From: a virus
Taxonomy: Duplodnaviria > Caudoviricetes
Direction: 5' to 3' (one strand)
Virus record (IMG/VR): IMGVR_UViG_3300029183_000045
Coordinates: 1-24,935 of that record
Length of the DNA: 24,935 nt
Part shown: one piece after another, positions 1-8,089 of the stretch
Numbering within the stretch: the stretch's first letter is position 1
Layout of the letters: each line of letters starts with the position of its first letter
The notes under the pieces: generated by a model
Databases searched by the model: none
Seen by the model: the letters and a program-made list of their open reading frames with translations, nothing else
What the model was told of the DNA's origin: nothing
Translations under genes and position numbers: made by a program

Positions 1-57
1 GTTTCCCAGTCACGATCGTTTTTCGATAATCAAGTAAACAGCAGAATCTGAGGGGGC

Positions 58-1071
58 CTATGGCACCTTGGAAACGGTAACATCAACATCAACATTTGTT
101 GTCAATGGTGGGCCGGGTGCAGTGTTGTGATAGGTGGTTACCGTCAATGTTTTTGTAATGGGAAGATTGCTACACCATCCTGCGCCTAGATCCCACGTGT
201 CTTCACCTGCGTTCCATTTGTAGTCATCGTCCTCTTCAATTCCCTCGAACCCTTGCTCGATACTGGCTGTCATTGAATTACCCTCAATCTCGATGATTCC
301 CTGTGCTGCCTGCGGCTGTCCGCCTCCCAAGTCTTCCACGGCCAGCAAACCTGGAAACAAGCTAAAACCATCTGGTAGATTGTCGCCGATGTCATCAAAT
401 CTCCAAAAATACTTTCGGTCATTAGGCCAAGTAGATCCACCATCAATCGTTACCTGGTTGATCCCGATGATTCCACCACCTTCTGGCGAGATAGTGGTTC
501 CGCCTTGACTGAATGAAACTAGAAGCATCGGAACACAATTAAACCCATCGTTATGAACTCCATCGCAACAGTCACTGTCTGTATTGTCCGGTTGATAAAC
601 GTTTTTTAATCTTTCCCAGATATAGAATGAAACGCCATCGCCGCTGAAATCGTTGTAGCCGGGCGCTGGGGGTGGCGTTGACGTTTGATCAGGCAGGCAT
701 CCATGAACGTAAAGCCTGTTGCATTTCTTCAATAGCCCAGCCTGGGATCCACTTTGGATAGGCAAGGGAAAACTTGGGTTGCTTGTGATGTCCCCCGTAA
801 TTGTAATAGGCGATGACCCTGAACACTGAAGACGAAGCGGTCTTTGAACCGTTCCGGTCCATGTGCTTGGTCCTCCGGTGATTGTTCCGGTAGCCAATCG
901 ATAGTGATTCCATGACTCGGTGGAAATTCCATCTGGACGGCTTGATGCGCTTTTGTAGTAGACGGCCGCGTTCAGGGTTGATGGGATTGAATTGCAATCG
1001 CATTCACTGACGTTTGCGTCATCGCATTCGCAATCACCGCTGCATGGACCATACCAACCTTCATCTGACAT
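58..1071 (-). CDS. Cys-rich putative tail-tip/receptor-binding protein (337 aa)
   Basis: Last gene of the tail module in the window; Cys-rich N-terminus (CSGDCECDD..CDC) and G/T/S-rich beta-type composition; function inferred from position. Confidence 0.5.
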   Translation of the reverse strand: MSDEGWYGPCSGDCECDDANVSECDCNSIPSTLNAAVYYKSASSRPDGISTESWNHYRLATGTITGGPSTWTGTVQRPLRLQCSGSSPITITGDITSNPSFPLPIQSGSQAGLLKKCNRLYVHGCLPDQTSTPPPAPGYNDFSGDGVSFYIWERLKNVYQPDNTDSDCCDGVHNDGFNCVPMLLVSFSQGGTTISPEGGGIIGINQVTIDGGSTWPNDRKYFWRFDDIGDNLPDGFSLFPGLLAVEDLGGGQPQAAQGIIEIEGNSMTASIEQGFEGIEEDDDYKWNAGEDTWDLGAGWCSNLPITKTLTVTTYHNTAPGPPLTTNVDVDVTVSKVP

Positions 1072-1087
1072 TGGTGTTCCTTGGTGT

Positions 1088-1669
1088 TTAGCAAGGTTTC
1101 TGAATCAATTCGTAGTCGCCATCTTCACGTTCAAGGGCGATCAGTTTGTCATTGATGGCACCGTTAAAAATACCCTGTGTGTTTTTGATTGTAACGGTGT
1201 CGTTGACTGCATCAGAATTGCCGCTGCTTAGAAAATGCTTTTCGTCCAGGTTGGCATCAAATGACGTGTCGGCCGTTGTAAAAGCTTCATCCGCGGTAGC
1301 CAGTATCCATCCCCCTGAACTTCCACCTGATCCTCCTAGTGGACCGCAGAACCAAGTGCCCCAGCGATCCTGCCAAACGTCTACATAATCACCCGCTGTC
1401 AAGGCGGTTTCGGTCTTGTTGAAAGCCGTGACATCTACCGTGGAATCCTCCAGCGTCCCTGAATTGTCTTTCCATAGGCTAACAGTTCCGCTGGTTACCG
1501 TCGCACCTGATCGAGCCGCAATTGCACCATCAGCCTTGCCGATCGTGGTCATGTTTCGCTGAGGCGAGCGTCTAATGCCTTTGGCCGATGGAACGAACTG
1601 GCCAGATTGGTAGGCTCGCCATAATTCGCGTAGCTGCCTCTCGACCTCATGGCTGATCAAGTTGCTCAC
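1088..1669 (-). CDS. Minor tail protein (~193 aa; two similar beta domains joined by a GGSGGSSGG linker)
   Basis: ORF 1088..1711; likely GTG start at 1669 overlapping the upstream TGA (GTGA); second gene after the tape measure. Confidence 0.5.
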   Translation of the reverse strand: MSNLISHEVERQLRELWRAYQSGQFVPSAKGIRRSPQRNMTTIGKADGAIAARSGATVTSGTVSLWKDNSGTLEDSTVDVTAFNKTETALTAGDYVDVWQDRWGTWFCGPLGGSGGSSGGWILATADEAFTTADTSFDANLDEKHFLSSGNSDAVNDTVTIKNTQGIFNGAINDKLIALEREDGDYELIQKPC

Positions 1670-2733
1670 AAGCTTAACCCCGACCAGTCTGCCCTTCGGT
1701 GAATATTCCAACGATTGTATACGTGGTCATCCGGTCCTAGATCTTCGTCGAGAACCCCACCGCCACCATTCAGCGGCTTTGGTTCGCTAACTGGCAATTC
1801 ATCATTTCCGCGAATTTGTTCGTGTTTCTTTTCGCCGCCGGTTGTATTAACAAGAGCCGTAGTCCCTGAGTCAAGCAAAACTAAATCGTGCCACCAACAC
1901 GTATCCACCCAGAACTCGAACGAAATGTTATACCAAAGCTGATTGCCGAACTGCCGCTGGGTTGGTGTGTACGAATGAAAAAGCAGATGCGAATAGCCAA
2001 ACGTGCGGTCATAAACTGTAGTTCCGGAGCCATCAACGAGTGCAATCTGATAATCGGAATCGTTTGTAGTTCCAAGTAACTCATCGTAAACACCGTGCAA
2101 CCATGTCCTTCGCCATAAATTGACAACCACAACAGGCATTCTTACCGCTTCCTCTGGGGCCGGAATGTGCGGCATTTTGGCGGAGTTTATGATGGCCCCA
2201 ACATAAGACGCATCATCCTCGCTAACAGGTAGCAGGGTTGATGTAATCAAATTAGGCAGCGGGTCATAAACTGTTGTTGAGCATCTCGTCACCCCGTCTA
2301 CCGTACTCTTTTTTACACCAGGATAAACATGCCACATAAACCTGGCGTTTCTAATCGGCCTTTGCCCTACAACCCTTGAGCCCGGCGTAATGGTTGGCTG
2401 AATGTCGGACGGCGTGTCTGCCGGGTTCCCCTGCGAATCGTTACCACCTCCGCCTGATGTAGTCCGCTCAAAAATACAATCGACGTGCCAGATAAACTCG
2501 CCAACTCGTTTCGGTCGCTTGGTGCCGTTGTGACGGGCCAGAACGTTGGTATCGTTTCCGTACTCCCAAGGATCATTAAGGGCAGGCAACCCCTGAGCAG
2601 TAACCACGACGCCGGGACCATCTTCGCGATCATCAACACGGACTTTATAGCGAGCGGTCAACTTGTCTTTTTCGTGCCCGAATTCAGCGTTGCCGCCCTT
2701 TTGAAGCAAACAGGCACTCCCTACTACAGCCAT
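1666..2733 (-). CDS. Tail-tip protein following tape measure (Dit/hub position, 355 aa)
   Basis: Long ORF directly downstream of the TMP; role from synteny only. Confidence 0.5.
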   Translation of the reverse strand: MAVVGSACLLQKGGNAEFGHEKDKLTARYKVRVDDREDGPGVVVTAQGLPALNDPWEYGNDTNVLARHNGTKRPKRVGEFIWHVDCIFERTTSGGGGNDSQGNPADTPSDIQPTITPGSRVVGQRPIRNARFMWHVYPGVKKSTVDGVTRCSTTVYDPLPNLITSTLLPVSEDDASYVGAIINSAKMPHIPAPEEAVRMPVVVVNLWRRTWLHGVYDELLGTTNDSDYQIALVDGSGTTVYDRTFGYSHLLFHSYTPTQRQFGNQLWYNISFEFWVDTCWWHDLVLLDSGTTALVNTTGGEKKHEQIRGNDELPVSEPKPLNGGGGVLDEDLGPDDHVYNRWNIHRRADWSGLSL

Positions 2734-2742
2734 CCTTGGCCC

Positions 2743-3966
2743 TTATACAAGTGAATCAATTAACCCCATGACCTGAAGCGATCCTATTTTGTTATTGATA
2801 TCGCCGAGATGTTCGTTCGCTTCGTCCTGTTTGTTCTTCATGTCCTCGCGTTGCTTGGCCGCCTTCTCAGCGTCTGATTGTTCCTTGGTTCGGCCAAACA
2901 GAATGCGGAATTCCTCTTGAGTGTTCCGGCGAATTGCGGGCGAGTTTAACAGGCGGTTTATACCGGTTAGACCATCTTCGGCCCCACCGCCTTCTGCTTG
3001 ACGTGCCCTTTCATCGCCACGCTGTCTCCCTCGCAATTGTTGAAACTCCAATTCTGCTTTGTGCAGTTCGTCGAGGGCTTGATTGATTGAATTAACAGCC
3101 CCCTTCCCTTCGAATGCTTGCCGCAGAAGAGACGAAGTGAAAATTCCCAGCTTGTTCAATCGATTCAGCTTGTCCTGGTTTTGCGCCGCCTCGTCAGTTG
3201 AATCAGCAATCCCCTGCCACACCTTAGCCATTCTCTGTGTCGTCCACAGTGTTTGCTCTAAAACGGGAGCCATCTGAATTGTCAATTTATTAACGATGCC
3301 TTCCAGAATCAGGCTGGTACGCAACCACGCATCATTCGCCCGCTCGACACCCCTTGCGCCAATGTCGTCAATCTTCAAACCGAATTCGTCAAGGAACTGA
3401 GACGCCCGACGAATCCCCTCGGCACCACCATTGAAAAAGTTGATCAGGTCGGCACCTGTTCGGCCAAACAATGCCCGCAGAATGCCTGCCCGGCGTTCGT
3501 TCGACATACCATCTAGCCCCTCGGCCACTTTCGCCATCTTTTCTTCAAGTGGCAAACCAATGAACTCATCAGCGGAAACGCCTAGGGCTTCGAGTGCGTC
3601 TTTTGCTTCACTCGTTTTGAATGTCGTCTCGCCCAACCGAGCATTGAAGGTCTGTAAAGCCTTTCCAAGTTTCTCGCTGCTTACGCCCGTCAGCCTACCT
3701 TGCAATTCGAGAACTTGAAGCTCTTTGACCGTTGACCCAAGGTTTCCGGCAAGCTTCGCAAGCCGGTCAATATTGGAAAGCGAATTTTTGATACCACGAA
3801 ATAAGACAAACGCCGCACCGGTGGCACCCAGAAACGCTAACCCACCAGCGGCCGCTCGTGCAGCCGTGCCCAACGCCGTCACCCGCGCCTGACTTGCCGT
3901 CATCTTGGCATCGAAACTTCGAGTGCGTGCCCCCAGCAATACATCAAGATTGGCGATAATGGCCAT
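2743..3966 (-). CDS. Tail tape measure protein (407 aa)
   Basis: N-terminal MAIIANLDVLLGARTRSF pattern; helical Ala/Leu-rich body (IDRLAKLAGNLG, ALFGRTGADLI); follows the G/GT chaperones. Confidence 0.88.
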   Translation of the reverse strand: MAIIANLDVLLGARTRSFDAKMTASQARVTALGTAARAAAGGLAFLGATGAAFVLFRGIKNSLSNIDRLAKLAGNLGSTVKELQVLELQGRLTGVSSEKLGKALQTFNARLGETTFKTSEAKDALEALGVSADEFIGLPLEEKMAKVAEGLDGMSNERRAGILRALFGRTGADLINFFNGGAEGIRRASQFLDEFGLKIDDIGARGVERANDAWLRTSLILEGIVNKLTIQMAPVLEQTLWTTQRMAKVWQGIADSTDEAAQNQDKLNRLNKLGIFTSSLLRQAFEGKGAVNSINQALDELHKAELEFQQLRGRQRGDERARQAEGGGAEDGLTGINRLLNSPAIRRNTQEEFRILFGRTKEQSDAEKAAKQREDMKNKQDEANEHLGDINNKIGSLQVMGLIDSLV

Positions 3967-4289
3967 CAGTTATTACTCCGGCGATGAAGGGGGATAACAC
4001 CAAAGGCAGCGGCAACGTGATCCGGGTTCGAAGTGTCAACAGAATTCGGCACCGCACCTGGCATAAAGTCAGCAGGAACCCCGTCAGATGACCACGAAGC
4101 AATCAGTTTTGCCGTCATGGAATGGTCAACGTCGTGACCAAAAGGCTTGACGCGAAAATACGCCATCCAATCGGTGAACTTATCCCAGCCCAGTCTCGTC
4201 ACCAGGTCTTTCGGGTGATCAATCCCCAATTGCAGACAGAGACGAAAAGCGAACAACATCAACGGTGACCTCTCTATTCGCTTTTTTTT
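3966..4289 (-). CDS. Tail assembly chaperone GT, C-terminal (-1 frame) part
   Basis: Open -1 frame overlapping the end of G; contains FTDWMAYFRVKPFG typical of gpT; stop overlaps the TMP start (TGATG). Confidence 0.8.
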   Translation of the reverse strand, partial: KKKRIERSPLMLFAFRLCLQLGIDHPKDLVTRLGWDKFTDWMAYFRVKPFGHDVDHSMTAKLIASWSSDGVPADFMPGAVPNSVDTSNPDHVAAAFGVIPLHRRSNN

Positions 4290-4666
4290 AGACCGATCAA
4301 CTCCAGCAACTTTTGAGCGGATGCACCGATATTGTTCAGGTCGCAAGCCTTCTCCCACAACCTGTCGAGGATCCCGGCGTTTTTTGTTTTCAGCGCCTCG
4401 ATGTCATCAGGGTCCGTGAACAATAGATTACCGTCAGCATCGCATAGCGTTTTCGAAAGCAATAGAATCCGCGTTTCTTCGTACCGCTTGGCCGTCTTGT
4501 CCTGTTGAGCGATGAAGAATTCAACCTCGGTATAATCCGGCAAGGTCATCGACCGGACATAAACCGTACCGCCCCACTGAGGCACGTTGACAGGCTCGAT
4601 CACCGTGTCAACGGCGCTCAGGATGGAGGCAGCGGTGCAAGTCGGCTTCCCATTCTTTTTGGTCAT
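4274..4666 (-). CDS. Tail assembly chaperone G (130 aa)
   Basis: VNVPQWGGTVYVRSMT and LCDADGNLLFT motifs; lies between tail tube and TMP. Confidence 0.85.
   Translation of the reverse strand: MTKKNGKPTCTAASILSAVDTVIEPVNVPQWGGTVYVRSMTLPDYTEVEFFIAQQDKTAKRYEETRILLLSKTLCDADGNLLFTDPDDIEALKTKNAGILDRLWEKACDLNNIGASAQKLLELIGLKKSE
4281..4290 (-). other. Programmed -1 ribosomal frameshift slippery site (CTA AAA AAA AGC)
   Basis: A8 run near the end of G; the -1 frame continues as KKKRIERSPLML into gpT. Confidence 0.8.
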
Positions 4667-5112
4667 TACGCTTCAAGTGTCGGGGCTGTGGTGGAAATGG
4701 AGGCATTCGGATTCGTCGTGCAGATCCCTTCGACCTGGTAACGAATGCGGTTCTCACGGCTGAACTCCACGAAATCCAGATTGGTCAGTTCCATCGTGAA
4801 CAGCATGTATTCAGGCGTGGCGTAGTTCAATTTGACCGCAGCGAGGCATGCCGTGTCAGCATCCATCGCCGTGTGCAGGTCGGCATAAACGCTCCCGTTG
4901 ACATCGACATCCAATTGAAAGCTGATGTTCGTGTACTCCAGCGGCCCTGCGCCTTTGGTCAGCACGGTATCGGCCAGGCAGGGTTCCTCCGTGAACTCTG
5001 CCCGAGCCTTCCCCGGTGGTTTCAGGTTGTAAATACAGCCAGCCAAACGGTACTGTGAATCCGAATCGACATCGAAATAAAATGCGGCACCTTCGCCAGT
5101 TGTGTCGGCCAT
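4666..5112 (-). CDS. Major tail (tube) protein (148 aa)
   Basis: Position before the chaperones, size and beta-rich pattern; no sheath gene present, so siphovirus-type tail. Confidence 0.7.
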   Translation of the reverse strand: MADTTGEGAAFYFDVDSDSQYRLAGCIYNLKPPGKARAEFTEEPCLADTVLTKGAGPLEYTNISFQLDVDVNGSVYADLHTAMDADTACLAAVKLNYATPEYMLFTMELTNLDFVEFSRENRIRYQVEGICTTNPNASISTTAPTLEA

Positions 5113-5297
5113 TATTTATCTCCATCCTTGGATTTGCTTGCCTTGCCAACCAGCTCGGCATTCTTCGAAAGTTTGTCGATCACTTCAGCCACATCTTCCA
5201 GCGTGTCACCCGCTTTGTATTCGACGAATTCATGTCGATCAGCGTGAAAGTGAACGTGGGCCTTGGCCAGCTTGATTGATTTCTTTTCCTTGCTCAT
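5112..5297 (-). CDS. Small hypothetical virion-associated protein (61 aa)
   Basis: Stop overlaps the tube start (TAATG); YKAGDTLE motif and Lys-rich tail. Confidence 0.6.
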   Translation of the reverse strand: MSKEKKSIKLAKAHVHFHADRHEFVEYKAGDTLEDVAEVIDKLSKNAELVGKASKSKDGDK

Positions 5298-5322
5298 CTG
5301 AATTCCTTTTCAGGGTCGCTTT

Positions 5323-5715
5323 TCAGGGAGTGAACCCGCGAACTTGTAACGCTGCGGTTTCCCTGGTGTCATCGTTGGTTGTTTTTCGGATGTAGTTGTC
5401 GTCGTGGTCATCCACGTCAAAAAACTGGATCGAACTGATTTGCGTTGGCCAACTGGCGTTTCTCAAATGGGTCTTCACCGACTCGGACAGGTCACGGACC
5501 TTGTTGATGTCATCGCCGGTGATTTCGAGGTCAAAAAAAACAGAATCTTCCTGGTTCTTGTTGAGTGCGTCGGTCTGCTCCGATCCCGACCTTCGAACAT
5601 AGATAAACGGGTGACCATCCTCGACATTCGCAATCTCTCCAATCGTTGCGGCCGAGCTATTCACGGTCGTGTCAGATTTAAGAAAATCGATCATTTGCAA
5701 TGTCAAGTCAGCCAC
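5323..5715 (-). CDS. Tail completion/terminator protein (SPP1 gp17-like, 130 aa)
   Basis: HPFIYVRRSG pattern; position between the gp10-like gene and the tube. Confidence 0.65.
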   Translation of the reverse strand: MADLTLQMIDFLKSDTTVNSSAATIGEIANVEDGHPFIYVRRSGSEQTDALNKNQEDSVFFDLEITGDDINKVRDLSESVKTHLRNASWPTQISSIQFFDVDDHDDNYIRKTTNDDTRETAALQVRGFTP

Positions 5716-6111
5716 TTATCCACGCCTCGCCAGCGCTGTTATTTCCCTTCCCAGATCACGACGGTAAATCGCCAGGATTCTCGATTGGTTATCCTTGGCA
5801 GCCATTCGCATGAAATTCATTGCGTCGATATGCCTGGTTCCCAGTTCCAAAAAATTTCCGTAAAAGCCATCTCCGGTCGCCCTGACCATCGTCCCAACCT
5901 TTACCCGGCTGCGTTTCATGGCCCGAACTTTAATTTGTTTCTTTAGTGTTCCCGTCCTGCTGGGTGCGTTCTGTTTTGCTGCAAACTGGTAAACCTTCAT
6001 GGCCGCCCGAGATGCTTTGCGGATGACCTTCTTTCCTTCCGGCCCTTTCAGCTTTGCCAGTTTCCGATTAAGTCGTTTGTCCCCTGTGACAATCAGGGTT
6101 GTTTTGGCCAT
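5716..6111 (-). CDS. HK97 gp10-family tail component (131 aa)
   Basis: APSRTGTLKKQI and FYGNFLELGTRHIDAMNFMR motifs; basic protein. Confidence 0.85.
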   Translation of the reverse strand: MAKTTLIVTGDKRLNRKLAKLKGPEGKKVIRKASRAAMKVYQFAAKQNAPSRTGTLKKQIKVRAMKRSRVKVGTMVRATGDGFYGNFLELGTRHIDAMNFMRMAAKDNQSRILAIYRRDLGREITALARRG

Positions 6112-6530
6112 TACGCTCGCTCAGCACCGTAATCAATGTCCATTTCCATGATCTCGGTTGTTTCGGCCTTGAAAACAACCGTTGTGTAATCGCTGGAACC
6201 CAAATCGCCGATTGGCGACAACGCGCCAGCAACACCAGCACCATCGAGAACATACTTTTCGCCTGCCGTAAGCGTTCCTGACGAAAGAGTTACCTTCCAT
6301 CGCCCACCGACAGCTATGTAAAACCTTTCCGTATCGGCACAGCCGGTGATTGCGATACCTTCCGCTTTCGCCTCTTCCTCGGTTCCATCACATTGGGCAA
6401 GTTCGTAATCGTTGTTGGTCGTGTTTTTGTAAACCGATTCGCCAATTGAAATCGCAGCGCCGGCGAGAACATTTTTCACGCGGGTGTTGGCATCTGCTGG
6501 GGTTAGAGCCGTAATCGTAATCGCTGCCAT
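6111..6530 (-). CDS. Putative capsid cement/head-fibre-like protein (139 aa)
   Basis: AGAAISIGESVY...AEGIAIT pattern resembling DUF2190-like decoration proteins; abuts both neighbours. Confidence 0.5.
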   Translation of the reverse strand: MAAITITALTPADANTRVKNVLAGAAISIGESVYKNTTNNDYELAQCDGTEEEAKAEGIAITGCADTERFYIAVGGRWKVTLSSGTLTAGEKYVLDGAGVAGALSPIGDLGSSDYTTVVFKAETTEIMEMDIDYGAERA

Positions 6531-6872
6531 TTACTCGTGATCCTTGATTTCCTCAGTGCAAATCACCCGCCATTTCAACCCATCCTCATCCGGGTCGCGG
6601 ACGTAGCCGATGTCAAACACCCGGCCATTCATCCGCAGGCGGTTTTTTGGTGTCAATTCGAATCCGTTGTGTTGCCACATTTCGAATTCATGGGTGGCCG
6701 TCGAGGTCAACTGTCTTGCCTGCTCCAATTGACGACCGCGAAGCGGTTTGATCGTTGCTGACAAGGTCTCCTTGATCTGCCAGTCACCCGTCAGTTCGTT
6801 TCTGTCTCCACGTCCCTGTGGCGGATCAAGAATTTGAACCCGGTGCCATTTCCTTTTTTGTCTCGTCTCCAT
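6531..6872 (-). CDS. Head closure/head-tail adaptor (SPP1 gp16-like, ~113 aa)
   Basis: HRVQI, IKPLRGRQ, LTPKNRLRMNGRVFDI motifs; ATG at 6872 just after the connector stop. Confidence 0.85.
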   Translation of the reverse strand: METRQKRKWHRVQILDPPQGRGDRNELTGDWQIKETLSATIKPLRGRQLEQARQLTSTATHEFEMWQHNGFELTPKNRLRMNGRVFDIGYVRDPDEDGLKWRVICTEEIKDHE

Positions 6873-6873
6873 T

Positions 6874-7452
6874 TCAAACCTGCCACGTTCCGTGAAGAAC
6901 GCCAGGATGAACGCTGTCCAATAACGTTCTGGTTGCTTCCGGCATGGGGCATCCAATGCCGTCATGAAACATCTGGTCACACCAGATCAACAGGGCGTGG
7001 CGAATGTCTTGAACCACATCGGTTGATGCCGCACCGTAACCAGCAACAAACGTCACCGTTACGGCGTCCATCTGCCACCGAGCGGAAGGCCACACCTCTC
7101 CATAGGCAGGCGTGACCTTCCCGGGTAGCGAACTGGTCGAAACCAGGTAGTTACTACTGGAAACCGTCTGCGTGTCCCCATCCGTGTCCACATACTCGAT
7201 CGAACTGATCGACTGCAGCGGAGGCCGGGGGATCACGATTTCCCAGCTCGGAAAAGCTTGTAGCTTCATCTCCCATGTTTGCGTGATGAACGCTCGTTTA
7301 GTGAAGCGTTCCGCTGCTCTGGTCGCTGCTTCAATGATCCGGGTCAAATGCGTGTCGTGGTACGAATCGGACGACGGCAGCTCAAGTTGTTTCTTAAGTT
7401 CCGCAACGGTGATCGGCGTGGTTGCCGGCTCAACTGTCCGATTCAATCCCAT
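6874..7452 (-). CDS. Head-tail connector (gp6/phiE125 gp8-like, 192 aa)
   Basis: PITVAELKKQL, AERFTKRAFITQTW, PLQSISSIEYVD, VTFVAGYG motifs. Confidence 0.9.
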   Translation of the reverse strand: MGLNRTVEPATTPITVAELKKQLELPSSDSYHDTHLTRIIEAATRAAERFTKRAFITQTWEMKLQAFPSWEIVIPRPPLQSISSIEYVDTDGDTQTVSSSNYLVSTSSLPGKVTPAYGEVWPSARWQMDAVTVTFVAGYGAASTDVVQDIRHALLIWCDQMFHDGIGCPMPEATRTLLDSVHPGVLHGTWQV

Positions 7453-7644
7453 CTATTCGCTATCCTTGACCGTTCGGCTTTTCTTTTTGGGTGGCGGTTT
7501 CTTTTCAGGGTCCGGATTTTCAGGCTCCACTGGTGCCACCGCGTCACCCAATTCAGCCGCTTGATCCCTGGACAAATCAAGGATGTCGTCAGGCTGAAAG
7601 TTGAATGCGCCGGCACAACATTTCCGAGCGATGTATTTGGCCAT
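7453..7644 (-). CDS. Small head-region protein (63 aa)
   Basis: Fills the gap between neighbours exactly; Pro/Lys-rich tail typical of small post-capsid ORFs. Confidence 0.65.
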   Translation of the reverse strand: MAKYIARKCCAGAFNFQPDDILDLSRDQAAELGDAVAPVEPENPDPEKKPPPKKKSRTVKDSE

Positions 7645-8073
7645 TTACGCCGTGCCCTCATCAGGTGAAACGTGGTATTCATACGCCGTGTCGGTTTCCG
7701 CATCCTGATCAAACGGACAGGTTCGAGGTCCGCCAAGGATCGCTACCCCGGCAGGAACGGTCGTAGAAGTTCCACGAACCGCGACCGCTCGAACGAAGCG
7801 CTCCTTCGGCCGGATCACGTCAACGATGGCCGTTGTCTCGGTGGCGTCCAGCAACACCTGGGTGTTGGCCAGATCAGCCGCCGAAGCCATACCGGTTGCG
7901 GTATCCTGTTGGACCTTGATCCCGTTGTCAGCGGCTGAAGTGCCGAACACGACAACGAACTTGACCCATTCCCAGTTTTTCATGTCAATTTCAGTGCCGT
8001 TTGAATCCGATGTTCCGGCGGTCACTTCGTCAAAAATCTTGACGACCTTGAAAGCTTGTGAGTCTAGACTCAT
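7645..8073 (-). CDS. Capsid decoration/cement-like protein (~142 aa)
   Basis: AGGAG RBS before ATG 8073; IDMKNWEWVKFVV...KVQQD...RFVRAV beta-sandwich pattern right after the capsid gene. Confidence 0.6.
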   Translation of the reverse strand: MSLDSQAFKVVKIFDEVTAGTSDSNGTEIDMKNWEWVKFVVVFGTSAADNGIKVQQDTATGMASAADLANTQVLLDATETTAIVDVIRPKERFVRAVAVRGTSTTVPAGVAILGGPRTCPFDQDAETDTAYEYHVSPDEGTA

Positions 8074-8089
8074 TTCTTTTGTCTCCTGA

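Noticed and set aside
1-15. GTTTCCCAGTCACGA resembles the M13 -40 primer (GTTTTCCCAGTCACGAC)
   Set aside because: Only a 14-nt match with mismatches on both sides and no further vector sequence; probably chance
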